Source: an uncultured virus (IMG/VR IMGVR_UViG_3300001919_000065) (taxonomy: Duplodnaviria; Heunggongvirae; Uroviricota; Caudoviricetes). From it: a stretch of 64,000 nucleotides of DNA. Numbering within the stretch: the stretch's first letter is position 1; each line of letters opens with the position of its first letter. The translations under genes were made by a program, and so were the position numbers. Shown here one piece after another: positions 37,242 to 46,270 of the stretch. Where the stretch lies: IMG/VR virus record IMGVR_UViG_3300001919_000065, one strand, 5' to 3'. The notes beneath the pieces were generated by a model. The model had not been told where the DNA came from. It saw nothing but the letters and a program-made list of their open reading frames with translations, and made no database searches.

Positions 37242-37714
37242 ATGCCAGAGCTATCTAAACCTAAATGGGACAACAAGTCAACCAGATTGTACGCGAATCG
37301 TGTCCTACGACCGCGAGGGTCGCTATCATCACGATACCGTACACGTTGAACCTTGCCCCGCTTGAATAGGGTGGTCAGATACGCCGGAGACTTCAAGCCC
37401 GTAGATTCCAATGCGGTAGCTACATCAACGTATCCTTCCGGGATACTGTCATATAGGCCTTTGACCTGCATCTGAATATATTCATTGGCTCCTTCCCCTT
37501 CCCAGTACATGGTGTGACCGCAACGAACGTGTTTGACCTTCAATCGGTTCAGGGCGTGAATTACCCACACGGAGCTTCTCCCGATTTTATCGGCAATCTC
37601 CCCAGTGGCAATGTAGCCCTTTGGTATGTTCTTTACCGGGGGAGTACTATGCCGTGGCCTCCGTGGATGTTTCAATCCGGGATGGACGATTAGTCCTCTA
37701 CTGTTCGTTCTCAT
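37238..37714 (-). CDS. duplicated HTH DNA-binding protein
   Basis: Two IP.GY....A..G.S repeats. Confidence 0.6.
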   Translation of the reverse strand: MRTNSRGLIVHPGLKHPRRPRHSTPPVKNIPKGYIATGEIADKIGRSSVWVIHALNRLKVKHVRCGHTMYWEGEGANEYIQMQVKGLYDSIPEGYVDVATALESTGLKSPAYLTTLFKRGKVQRVRYRDDSDPRGRRTRFAYNLVDLLSHLGLDSSGI

Positions 37715-37797
37715 GCAGGGGTAAAGTCGTTGTCGTTATTGTTCTCGATGATGTAGTAGAAGAGAATACCGAGAAGGAATCCGATTAGTGTGTACAT
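37711..37797 (-). CDS. 28-aa membrane microprotein
   Basis: MYTLIGFLLGILFYYIIENNNDNDFTPA; fills gap, ATGA overlap. Confidence 0.6.
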   Translation of the reverse strand: MYTLIGFLLGILFYYIIENNNDNDFTPA

Positions 37798-37801
37798 ACG
37801 T

Positions 37802-38032
37802 TTAGCGAAAGAATTTGGTTGTACGGCTCAATACGTCGTTAGGGATTAGAAGAATCTCGTCTCCGGTCGTATAGCCACCGTTGTATGGTATGGCGAAGAA
37901 GAATCCTTTTTTGAGGACTGTGTCAATGAGGTCTTCGTCGGAGGCTAGACCAACTTCGATAGGGGAGAGAATGTGCTCTTCAATAAGAAATTGGCGAAGC
38001 CCTTTCATTTGTCCAATGTATGGAAGGTTCAT
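37802..38032 (-). CDS. hypothetical protein
   Basis: 76-aa ORF. Confidence 0.65.
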   Translation of the reverse strand: MNLPYIGQMKGLRQFLIEEHILSPIEVGLASDEDLIDTVLKKGFFFAIPYNGGYTTGDEILLIPNDVLSRTTKFFR

Positions 38033-38043
38033 GAGATGAAATG

Positions 38044-38133
38044 TTATGCGGCGAGGTCTCCCTCCGCGATTAGTATGGAGTTAATGGGGAGGACGAATCC
38101 TCCCTCGCTAATGGTTATCCAGTGGTTGTTCAT
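38044..38133 (-). CDS. 29-aa microprotein
   Basis: MNNHWITISEGGFVLPINSILIAEGDLAA; ATGA overlap. Confidence 0.4.
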   Translation of the reverse strand: MNNHWITISEGGFVLPINSILIAEGDLAA

Positions 38134-39122
38134 TTTTCTTGGGACTTCATAGTTAATACGAAGCTATTCCAGTGGGCTACCGCTTCTTCGCGAGTGCGGC
38201 CATGAATGCTGATGCTATGAGGAAGAAGCTTGGCCCCGTTGCAGACGACATAGCAATGTTCCTCTCCGGGATAGATGGTTTCCCCCACGACCTCCGGGAT
38301 TTCTCCGCAGTAGGGGCAAGGACGTGGACGGGCGTCGCAGGCTTCAAAATGCCGTCGCACCTCTTGCCCCACTCTTTCGACAAACATATCAACAATATGC
38401 TTCGGCACGATTCCTTTGACCCCGGATTCCGTGGCTTCCTCGTAGTTCAATGAATGGTCCAGCCCCTCGTCGAAACAGGAAGCACAGGGTTCCACGGTTC
38501 CGGGCAAGTCCCCGTACTTACAGGTAGCGCAGGGGGAGAGGACATCCTCTTCATCCTCTTCCGCTTCTTCATATTCCGGGTACTCAATTCCCCGCTCCTG
38601 TCGGCAATGAGAGCATGGAGGATTGCAACGGAGGTTATCCCGGTGAGTGCAAGTATTGCACGGTTCGATGACATCGTCGTTCTCGTCCGTACCTTCGGCA
38701 CATGGCGCAGATTCATCTGGGGTATAATTCTGATAGCCGTTGCAGGAGTTGCAGGGTTCCTCTAGGATAGATACCCCCTTATGTTTACATGCCAGACAGG
38801 TAGGTCCAGCCATCTTGGCTTCCCTCCGCTTTGCTTCTTCCCGCTTCATCATCTCCATCTCTACCAATTTGTTGGTGTCGACGGTGTAGCAGGGAAGTCC
38901 GGGAGTGAGAGCACACTTCTGGCAGGGGGATTGCACTATCGGGACATCACGGAATTTGCAGAGGGAGCACCTCCGTGCATCCTCGCTTGCCGCGGTGTCC
39001 GTGGATTCCGTGGATTCACTGGGTTCAAAGTGGCTAAAGTACATGTCACAACTGGCGCAGGGTTCCGCGGTTTCGGGGAGGTCACTGTATGCGCAGGTCC
39101 AACAATTTGGTTCGTCGTTCAT
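38130..39122 (-). CDS. Cys-repeat protein with C-terminal Lar-like Zn ribbon
   Basis: Five CxxC-x10-PCxxC repeats; RPCPYCG..YVVC..TREEAVAHWN. Confidence 0.75.
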   Translation of the reverse strand: MNDEPNCWTCAYSDLPETAEPCASCDMYFSHFEPSESTESTDTAASEDARRCSLCKFRDVPIVQSPCQKCALTPGLPCYTVDTNKLVEMEMMKREEAKRREAKMAGPTCLACKHKGVSILEEPCNSCNGYQNYTPDESAPCAEGTDENDDVIEPCNTCTHRDNLRCNPPCSHCRQERGIEYPEYEEAEEDEEDVLSPCATCKYGDLPGTVEPCASCFDEGLDHSLNYEEATESGVKGIVPKHIVDMFVERVGQEVRRHFEACDARPRPCPYCGEIPEVVGETIYPGEEHCYVVCNGAKLLPHSISIHGRTREEAVAHWNSFVLTMKSQEK

Positions 39123-39244
39123 TTTCTTTTGATGTGTTTCTTAATGGTTTCGATTACCCACAGGGTGAATAGGGCGAGGGCGCACAGAGCAATAGCACCC
39201 CATGCGAGGATGTCAGTAATACTAACAAATATCGTTGTGGTCAT
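39119..39244 (-). CDS. 41-aa membrane microprotein
   Basis: MTTTIFVSITDILAWGAIALCALALFTLWVIETIKKHIKRK; ATGA overlap. Confidence 0.65.
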   Translation of the reverse strand: MTTTIFVSITDILAWGAIALCALALFTLWVIETIKKHIKRK

Positions 39245-39246
39245 GG

Positions 39247-39678
39247 TTAGTCAATTAGTTTGAGGTCAAAGAACATAACGGTGTTGAAGTAGCTAGTGGT
39301 CACTCCATCGATAGCTACCCAGCCGTCGCTGTCTTCATCATCGTAAACCGCGTACTCCTGATAGGGCGTAGGCTCTTCGTCGTAGCTTACCCAGCCACGA
39401 GGAATGTATTGTACCCTATCCCCTCTCTTGAACGGTCGCCGGGGTTTGGCGGTGTTATTGCAACTGGCGCGGACAGATTCTTCTGGCGCATCTAGAACTT
39501 CTTCTGGCGCATCTAGAACTTCTTCCATCTGGTAAGCAGAGGCCCACTCCGCTAATCCTCCCGAATAGCATACCTTGTACGGGTAGAAGTCCTTTTCGTT
39601 GTCGATTTCCACGACGCGACCGCAAGGGCCGTAGTCGACGCGGACAATCATTCCGAGTTTAACTTGATTCTTTTCCAT
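39247..39678 (-). CDS. tandem SH3/KOW-like protein
   Basis: VKLGMIVRV and PFKRGDRVQY; 21-bp tandem duplication (EEVLDAP x2). Confidence 0.7.
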   Translation of the reverse strand: MEKNQVKLGMIVRVDYGPCGRVVEIDNEKDFYPYKVCYSGGLAEWASAYQMEEVLDAPEEVLDAPEESVRASCNNTAKPRRPFKRGDRVQYIPRGWVSYDEEPTPYQEYAVYDDEDSDGWVAIDGVTTSYFNTVMFFDLKLID

Positions 39679-39679
39679 G

Positions 39680-40141
39680 TTAGAATTTGATGTTTGGGTA
39701 TTCGCGGTAAAGTCGATAGCGGGTCATCCACATGAAAACCCCTGTGGTTATGTAGTTAGATAAAACAATAAAGAGATACCATGCGGCAATCCATGCGGAG
39801 ATAAGAGAGAGGACATAAAGCGGAGGTGCGGGAAGAGTGTAGAGGCACTCGGCAATGATACTTACGGTCAGTCCGATTAGCCCAAAGATAACCCACTGAA
39901 CCGAGGTATTGAAGATATGGTTATATATGTTCTCCATTTCCTTGCGCTCATATAGGGTATACTCGCTTCCTCTCGTCCGGTAGCTATTGGTCTCAATGCC
40001 AATGAGCTTCAAGTGAGCTTTCAGCCTCTTGGCCATCTCGGTGAGGGCAGTACCTCCTAAGCCGCGGAGAGCTACACCCGCAAGCGCGAAAAGGCCTGCA
40101 AGCGCGAAGTATTGTGTGGTTGATAGATGCAATGTATTCAT
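39680..40141 (-). CDS. multi-pass membrane protein
   Basis: Three hydrophobic segments. Confidence 0.7.
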   Translation of the reverse strand: MNTLHLSTTQYFALAGLFALAGVALRGLGGTALTEMAKRLKAHLKLIGIETNSYRTRGSEYTLYERKEMENIYNHIFNTSVQWVIFGLIGLTVSIIAECLYTLPAPPLYVLSLISAWIAAWYLFIVLSNYITTGVFMWMTRYRLYREYPNIKF

Positions 40142-40143
40142 GA

Positions 40144-40335
40144 TTAGTTTACCCTTTCAAGTTCCCACGGCCATTCAGAAACATCTTCATATTTGAATTG
40201 TTCTACTTCATTTGTTTTGAGACAAACCCCGAAAAACATTGATTCATTTCTATAAATCTCTGTTACTCGGAAATAATGATAGCCTGAATTACTTTCGTTT
40301 ACTACTAGTTCATCTCCTATTTGCAATGTATTCAT
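40144..40335 (-). CDS. small SH3-like protein
   Basis: MNTLQIGDELVV..EWPW; start 40335; AT-rich. Confidence 0.65.
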   Translation of the reverse strand: MNTLQIGDELVVNESNSGYHYFRVTEIYRNESMFFGVCLKTNEVEQFKYEDVSEWPWELERVN

Positions 40336-40337
40336 GG

Positions 40338-40922
40338 TTACTCGGCTTGCTCCATTCCCCACGGCCATTCAACTATCCTGCCGGGTTCAATGCTTCGCCC
40401 ATCTTCCAACAGGATGCGCATGGAGACACGGGTTCTTCCTGCAACGATTCCGGTATGCCGACGGAACATACCGTCGAAGTACTGGATTTCGGCACCGGGT
40501 TGGAGGCGCAGAAGCGGAGGACAATGGTCAATGAAGAATCGAGCATTATTCCATGCCTCTTCATACGCTGTCTCCGGGTCATCGTTATCACATCCTTGCA
40601 CGGCCAGTGAGCAACTCACACATTGAATGAACTCGTAGTTACCCTTCCGTCTTTCTTCCAGCAGACCACCGCAGATAGGACAGAACAGTGAGGGATGTTC
40701 TTCCTCTGGGAATGCCTCATCAAAGGCCTTCTCAACTACTGCTTGCGATTCTACGGATTCATCGCGAAAAGAGAATTCGCTCTTGGTAGGAATGTTCGTT
40801 GGGGCCGAGGTATTGGCTTTAACTATCTTCGGGCTAAGGTCTGACATATAAACGTGTGTCAAGCCATTGGCCTCGTCAATAACAATCTTGGTTATCTGTT
40901 TGGGGTTTGATGTCTTGGACAT
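40338..40922 (-). CDS. Lar-like Zn-ribbon plus SH3-like protein
   Basis: FCPICGG..IQCVSC..AYEEAWN; LQPGAEIQY..EWPW; leaderless promoter TTGACA-N16-TATGGT at 40929-40956. Confidence 0.65.
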   Translation of the reverse strand: MSKTSNPKQITKIVIDEANGLTHVYMSDLSPKIVKANTSAPTNIPTKSEFSFRDESVESQAVVEKAFDEAFPEEEHPSLFCPICGGLLEERRKGNYEFIQCVSCSLAVQGCDNDDPETAYEEAWNNARFFIDHCPPLLRLQPGAEIQYFDGMFRRHTGIVAGRTRVSMRILLEDGRSIEPGRIVEWPWGMEQAE

Positions 40923-40970
40923 GGCACCACCATATAATAATTTTATTATTTGTCAAGAAATTATTTTAAT

Positions 40971-41000
40971 AAAAATCCCCGGAGGGGTTAGCCTCCGGGG
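40971..41000 (-). terminator. intrinsic terminator
   Basis: CCCCGGAGG-N6-CCTCCGGGG-ATTTTT. Confidence 0.85.
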
Positions 41001-41007
41001 CGATGTG

Positions 41008-41055
41008 CTACTTGCGCTTCCAGCCAAGTAAGTCAAGAAGTTCGAGTAAGCTCAT
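41008..41055 (-). CDS. 15-aa peptide MSLLELLDLLGWKRK
   Basis: Fills the gap between chaperone stop and terminator. Confidence 0.4.
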   Translation of the reverse strand: MSLLELLDLLGWKRK

Positions 41056-41060
41056 GATTA

Positions 41061-41453
41061 TCATCCTTTTGTGAAGAAGTTAAAGAAGGATAGTGTACCG
41101 CTATCGGTGAGTACGAACTGGGGATATTGGTCAGGGGTAAATATTTTTGTACCCCCGGAATCCCCGGTAGCCTCGACAGTCAGAAGGACTGCGGGCACCT
41201 TGTCCGTCGGGCTGGATGGAGATGGAATATCTCCCAATCGTGCCCAAACTTGGCACGCTTGCCACTGTTCGTCAAGAGCGGCAATGGCCTCGATAGCCTT
41301 GGCTATTGCAGGTATCTGCTCATCCGGAACTGTGGTCTCACTGTACTGGTCAAGGTGCGTAAAGCCCAGTGCGTCCGCGTAGATTACACTCATAATGAGC
41401 TTGGTCCAGTCGCCGGGCTGTGGGAATTGAATTTGTATTTCTGCGTTGTTCAT
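41061..41453 (-). CDS. probable tail fibre assembly/chaperone protein
   Basis: ATGA-coupled to fibre; MNNAEIQIQFP.PG.W..WQA.QVWARL recalled from Akkermansia prophages. Confidence 0.55.
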   Translation of the reverse strand: MNNAEIQIQFPQPGDWTKLIMSVIYADALGFTHLDQYSETTVPDEQIPAIAKAIEAIAALDEQWQACQVWARLGDIPSPSSPTDKVPAVLLTVEATGDSGGTKIFTPDQYPQFVLTDSGTLSFFNFFTKG

Positions 41454-43597
41454 GCCTGTTCAATGGGGTTGTTAATATCCACAAAATCCGTGGCTTCCTC
41501 GGATTCAATGGCATCGACGGCCATTGCTTCCAGTCCATAAAAGACCGGGTTCGTGCCTCCCGGCTGGTAATAGGTGTGTTCTCCGTCACCTGCATTGATG
41601 TAAATGTCGCCAGTCGAATTATTCACCACATCAGTTACCCAGCTAATAATACCGGAGTTTGTCTCAAAGGTGGAGACGCCGCGGCAGGTGGCAATTTTAT
41701 ACAGATTATTTGCCTGACCTCCGGTGAGCATGAGCCAGAGTGCACCTAGATTATCATACTGGGCAATATTGGCCGAAGCGTTCTGCTGGTAAATAACCTT
41801 GGCAATCGTCCAAGGGACGGGTTCGTTTTGACTGGCCGGGATGAAGCTGGTGGTGGTTTTCACCTGCCAGCCCGCCGTGGAATTGAGCGCGTAAATCTCA
41901 CGCACCCGCACCGTATAACCGTTGCGCTGGGTATCTCTGACGTTGTCAAAGGTAATATCCAGAATTTCGCCATGATTGTACGCCAAATCGTTTGCCGGGA
42001 TAATACTGTAAGAATCTATGGAAAGGTCGGAACGAACCGTCTTCGCGCCGCGGCCGATACCAAAGGTCAACTTTGCGGCACCAGTAGCACGCCAAACGAA
42101 AGAGAACCCTGCGAAACTGGAATAATTCCAGCGGGCATTAACTCCCACAAAGTCTGCCTTAATAGTTGAATGAGTACTCGGTGGAACCTTAATAGTAGCT
42201 ATATGGTAGGGAACTGTTTGGGTCACAGTCGAAGTCCCTGTCTTGGTAATGGTCGCCGTATTGAGGAAAGCATTAGTGGTCAGGATGTTCGTCTCGCCAG
42301 CCAATCCCAACGCATAAAAGCGATTAACCGCCCCCGTATTCGTCGGTGCACCCGCGGCCAGCGGGATGTTGATGCCGCTGTTGGCATTGGGAGTTTTGCG
42401 GAACGTCATAACCCCGCCCACGTCAATGGTGCCGTGCATACGGGTTTGGGCGTTGAACGTAACTACCCCGTTATGGTTTTCATTTTTGTAGACCCACAAG
42501 TCCCCCGCCCCATCGATGGTCGCTGTCTTATCGTTGACGTTATTGGGGTTCGTTATGGAGAGGAAACCGTTGGATTCTTCGTAGAGTATGGCTCGCGTAG
42601 GACCGCTCTCCTTGCCGAAGAGGATGCACTTCATCTTCTCGCCAGTGGTGGCAACGAAGCTAATGCCGTCATCAAAAGTGGTGGGGTTTTGGAACTTGAC
42701 AGGAATCGCAACGTCCATGTGGGAAGCGTTCGTCCCCTCAATGACCGCGGCTCCATTACCGTCCCCGTGGATTTTCACCGCGTCATCCCCTTGTCCGAGA
42801 ACTAAAGGAACTTCGTTTCCGAGAACCAATCCCGCCGTGTTGGTGAAACTCCATGCCCCGGAGATTGTCTGGTCACTAGCTGGGTCAAAGCCAGTGCCAG
42901 AACCGCCACCCTCACCGGAGCCTAAACTAAAATTTCTGATGGAGACAAAGTAGCCCGCTTCTTCAATCGTACTGCCGAGAGAAAGAATTGCGGAAGTTTC
43001 AGTTGCCACAAAGACCAGCTGGTCAGTAGTCTTACCGCCAGCGAGGAATGCCTTAGGATTGTTGTCGGCTCCTACGCTAAAGAGCGCATAGCTGAATTCC
43101 GGATTAGGCTTCGTTTCCATCAAGCCGCCCAAGTCAGGATGCACATTGATAGAGTAGAGCTTACCGCTTTCGAGGTTGGAGATTTTGTAGAAACCTTCGG
43201 AGACAGGACCATCACCGTCCAGCGGGAGGGCCTCATACTCTTGGTCGTAGTCGAACCCCAACGGGTGAAGCGCAATCGTCGCGTATGCACTTTCGACGGA
43301 GGCGTTCTTGTCCTGCGCGTTAGTGGGGACGACGAAGTACTTACCGTCGGGAGATGCAATCTCAATCACCTGTCCCGCGACCGAACCATTGATGATGAAC
43401 TGTTCCGGCGTAATGTTGGACCACAGTTCGTCAGTAGGAGCGGTAGCGGAAAGCTTGAAGAGACAGGGAGAACTGGAAGCAAGAAGCCACGCGGTGTGCG
43501 TGTCGGCATCGCCCAGCTTATAGGTTACGCCCGGTGTAATAGGAGAACCGCTGACGTAGTTTTCAATATTGATTTTAGAAGAACGTTTACGTGCCAT
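41450..43597 (-). CDS. tail fibre / receptor-binding protein
   Basis: DQTISGAWSFT fibre motif, Gly linker, beta-rich C-terminus. Confidence 0.7.
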   Translation of the reverse strand: MARKRSSKINIENYVSGSPITPGVTYKLGDADTHTAWLLASSSPCLFKLSATAPTDELWSNITPEQFIINGSVAGQVIEIASPDGKYFVVPTNAQDKNASVESAYATIALHPLGFDYDQEYEALPLDGDGPVSEGFYKISNLESGKLYSINVHPDLGGLMETKPNPEFSYALFSVGADNNPKAFLAGGKTTDQLVFVATETSAILSLGSTIEEAGYFVSIRNFSLGSGEGGGSGTGFDPASDQTISGAWSFTNTAGLVLGNEVPLVLGQGDDAVKIHGDGNGAAVIEGTNASHMDVAIPVKFQNPTTFDDGISFVATTGEKMKCILFGKESGPTRAILYEESNGFLSITNPNNVNDKTATIDGAGDLWVYKNENHNGVVTFNAQTRMHGTIDVGGVMTFRKTPNANSGINIPLAAGAPTNTGAVNRFYALGLAGETNILTTNAFLNTATITKTGTSTVTQTVPYHIATIKVPPSTHSTIKADFVGVNARWNYSSFAGFSFVWRATGAAKLTFGIGRGAKTVRSDLSIDSYSIIPANDLAYNHGEILDITFDNVRDTQRNGYTVRVREIYALNSTAGWQVKTTTSFIPASQNEPVPWTIAKVIYQQNASANIAQYDNLGALWLMLTGGQANNLYKIATCRGVSTFETNSGIISWVTDVVNNSTGDIYINAGDGEHTYYQPGGTNPVFYGLEAMAVDAIESEEATDFVDINNPIEQA

Positions 43598-43611
43598 GAT
43601 AGTAAAAATTT

Positions 43612-43657
43612 GGGGCTGAACCCATAAAAGTTTAGCTCATGAGTTCAGCCCCGTCAA
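43612..43657 (-). promoter_or_regulatory. promoter with -10 box in hairpin loop
   Basis: TTGACG-N17-TAAACT; 14-bp stem with one G-U pair on the minus-strand RNA. Confidence 0.7.
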
Positions 43658-43671
43658 GGTTTAATTGTTGG

Positions 43672-44643
43672 TTATGCGATATTTCCAACGAAGGTAATCA
43701 CCGCAGTCCCCTTAAAGGTCTCGGCATCACCGCCCGTAGGAATCTGGAACGAGGCAACGGCGGCTCGCTGTCCCGCACCAAGAGCGGTTCCCTGTGAAAA
43801 GATAAGAGTTCCTCGAAGGTTCTTACCAGTCACAATACCCTGCGCGGCCGTGAGAGGAAGAAGACCTTGCGCCCCTGCTTCCCCAACTACGTTGGTAAGG
43901 ACTACGTTCTGGTTCTGGATAGTGATGTTGCCATCGTATTGGAATTCAGGTGCGGCGGCTTCGGTCACGAAGTCCACGCGGTAATATCCGGCAGGGGTAG
44001 GACCTACAAGAGCTACGTCGGAAACGGTGTCCGAAAGGGTCGTAAGCTGGGGAGCGGTAAGACCCTCAATCCCCTGCGCGGCTACGATGTCAACGTTAGC
44101 CTTTACTGCTCCATCTACGTATACCCACGCTTTCGTGCCAGTGGAAGTGAAACGGGTGGTCCCTGCGGCAGTTACAAACGGAGGTTCTTCTATTGCGTCT
44201 GCAATGGTATCTCCTGTCTTGACAAATACGGTTACAGGGACTTCCGCACTTACTTTCAATTCATACCCTGTATCTGCGACTAAATCACCGATACTATACC
44301 ACTTGTCAGGTGATAAGTCTGCGGGAAGAGTTGCTTCTTCGGGAGCCGGAATTTGGTCAGCCTTCATAGTCAAGGTAATCTCCGCGCCCTCAAGGGCATC
44401 GATGCGAAGGTAAGCGTTAGTCTGACCATCCTCCGTCACGAAGTAGAAAGCACGACCAGAAAGATACCCTTCGGCTTCCACCTGCTCCAACGCTTCATCT
44501 TTCGCGATGACCACATGCGGGCACTTGGTAGACGTGACAATAAACTTATACCGAGTAGCCTCGGTCAGTTCGGTAAGCTGATAGATTTGCCCGCGAGCGA
44601 TAGTTGCATTCTCTGCGGGGATGGGAAGATTTTCTATTGCCAT
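43672..44643 (-). CDS. probable capsid decoration/structural protein
   Basis: Repeated beta modules; downstream of capsid gene. Confidence 0.55.
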   Translation of the reverse strand: MAIENLPIPAENATIARGQIYQLTELTEATRYKFIVTSTKCPHVVIAKDEALEQVEAEGYLSGRAFYFVTEDGQTNAYLRIDALEGAEITLTMKADQIPAPEEATLPADLSPDKWYSIGDLVADTGYELKVSAEVPVTVFVKTGDTIADAIEEPPFVTAAGTTRFTSTGTKAWVYVDGAVKANVDIVAAQGIEGLTAPQLTTLSDTVSDVALVGPTPAGYYRVDFVTEAAAPEFQYDGNITIQNQNVVLTNVVGEAGAQGLLPLTAAQGIVTGKNLRGTLIFSQGTALGAGQRAAVASFQIPTGGDAETFKGTAVITFVGNIA

Positions 44644-44673
44644 AATTCTTCGTTAAGAGTTTTAGTTAAAAGG

Positions 44674-44946
44674 TTATGCTCCAAAGCCAGAGGCGATAAT
44701 AGAACCAATGTCGGCTCCTTCTGCCAGTTCTTCGGCTTCTTCGGTTTCGGTTTCCTGTTTGGGAGATTCGGTTTCTTCTTCGGAGTTATCGTCGTCGTCG
44801 CTATCATCGTCACCTATTTCTTGGTCCTCGATAGAAACAATCTCAATAGATTTGCCGTCATCTGAAACAACGCCAACTCCCATGAGCTGAACATCATCCC
44901 CCGGTTTAAGGTCTCCAAATTTTTCAGGGTCATACGTAATCTTCAT
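44674..44946 (-). CDS. small acidic protein
   Basis: D/E-rich; C-terminal IGSIIASGFG resembles scaffold tail VGDIIGSAFGL. Confidence 0.65.
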   Translation of the reverse strand: MKITYDPEKFGDLKPGDDVQLMGVGVVSDDGKSIEIVSIEDQEIGDDDSDDDDNSEEETESPKQETETEEAEELAEGADIGSIIASGFGA

Positions 44947-44952
44947 GCAGAT

Positions 44953-44990
44953 AAAAAATTGAGGCGAGCGGGTTCATCCCGCCCGCCTCG
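44953..44990 (-). terminator. intrinsic terminator after capsid gene
   Basis: GAGGCGGGCGGG-ATGAA-CCCGCTCGCCTC-AATTTTTT. Confidence 0.8.
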
Positions 44991-45013
44991 GTTTAAGGGT
45001 TATAGGTTTAGGC

Positions 45014-46270
45014 TTAGAGGCCCGGCACTGCCGCGGGGGTACTTACCAGAGAGCCAACGGGCTTACCGTCAGCACCAACGAGTTCGCGGCCAGCGGTCGT
45101 GCGAATGTGTCGGATGACTACACCGTGACGCGGGAAGACAGGCATCGGAGCGGCAGAAAGCGTCGCGATGAACATGCCCTGCGTACCCATGTAGTTATCA
45201 CCGTTGTCCTTGTTGTTCACCCAAACCAGCTCACCAGCGTAAGTCACGGGGTCCCACTTGGCCTGACCGTAGGCAGACACCGGACGAGGAACGAGGGACT
45301 TGTACACGTCCTTCACAAAGATAATCGTATCTTCGTAGGGGGCGTTCATGTACGCGGGGTTCGGCACATAGCGATTACCAACAGTCGTTTCCACCTTGAT
45401 ATACTGGGGAACTTCCACCCACTTCTGACCAGTCGGCTTGGTGTCGTCGAAGGTGTAGCGGGGGTTCATGTTGTCCACGATGTAGGTAAAGCCCTTGTAC
45501 GTCCACTTCACGCCCAGCTGACGCAGGAGGGTAGCATCCTTGCCTTCCGCGGCCTCTGCGAAGTTCCAGTCCTTGCGGATAACTTCGTTATGACGCAGGA
45601 TGAAGTCCACGGTGTCCTTAGACGTGTAAGCCAAGAAGACAGGGGAACCTTGGTCCATCAGAGCGGCAGATTCGCCAGCACCTTCATTGATGAGCAACTG
45701 CCAAGCTTGGTTCATCAGGTCGTCGTTCAGAGCGGCTTCGGGCTTAACTTCCGGCATGGAGTTAATATCGTTGCTCACGACATCGAGACCAACAACACCC
45801 GCCTTCGTGGGGATGAGTTTGTAGCTGGCGATGTTGATGTAGCTCTGACGGTAGAAGCGAGACCAAGTATTACCGACGGCACGGACCAACTGCTTCACCG
45901 CATTCTCGGCCTGTTGCTTAGCCTGCCAAGACTGACGCATACGGAGTACGTCCAGTTTCTGGGAGGAAAGCCTCGTGATGAAGCGGCTGTAGGAGTATTC
46001 CGTAGCCCCAGTATCATTTACCGTAATCGGAATCTGGTTGGAGGTGGAAGCGAGGTTAATGTTCATCCATTCGGCACGGGGGTCCGTAGCACCGAAGGTT
46101 GCGATGCGCCCGGAATCACCAACACCGTCAGTCCATTCTCCCGTCATAATCATCTGGGAGTTCCACGGAGAAGTACGAGCAAAGGTGCTGAACATGTTGG
46201 CGTTAAGAAGGTTGGTCATCGTGACCAGCTTCAATTCTTGGGCCTGAATATCGTTAGGAGAAGTAGCCAT
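45014..46270 (-). CDS. major capsid protein
   Basis: 418 aa; follows portal and scaffold; long leader and downstream terminator. Confidence 0.75.
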   Translation of the reverse strand: MATSPNDIQAQELKLVTMTNLLNANMFSTFARTSPWNSQMIMTGEWTDGVGDSGRIATFGATDPRAEWMNINLASTSNQIPITVNDTGATEYSYSRFITRLSSQKLDVLRMRQSWQAKQQAENAVKQLVRAVGNTWSRFYRQSYINIASYKLIPTKAGVVGLDVVSNDINSMPEVKPEAALNDDLMNQAWQLLINEGAGESAALMDQGSPVFLAYTSKDTVDFILRHNEVIRKDWNFAEAAEGKDATLLRQLGVKWTYKGFTYIVDNMNPRYTFDDTKPTGQKWVEVPQYIKVETTVGNRYVPNPAYMNAPYEDTIIFVKDVYKSLVPRPVSAYGQAKWDPVTYAGELVWVNNKDNGDNYMGTQGMFIATLSAAPMPVFPRHGVVIRHIRTTAGRELVGADGKPVGSLVSTPAAVPGL

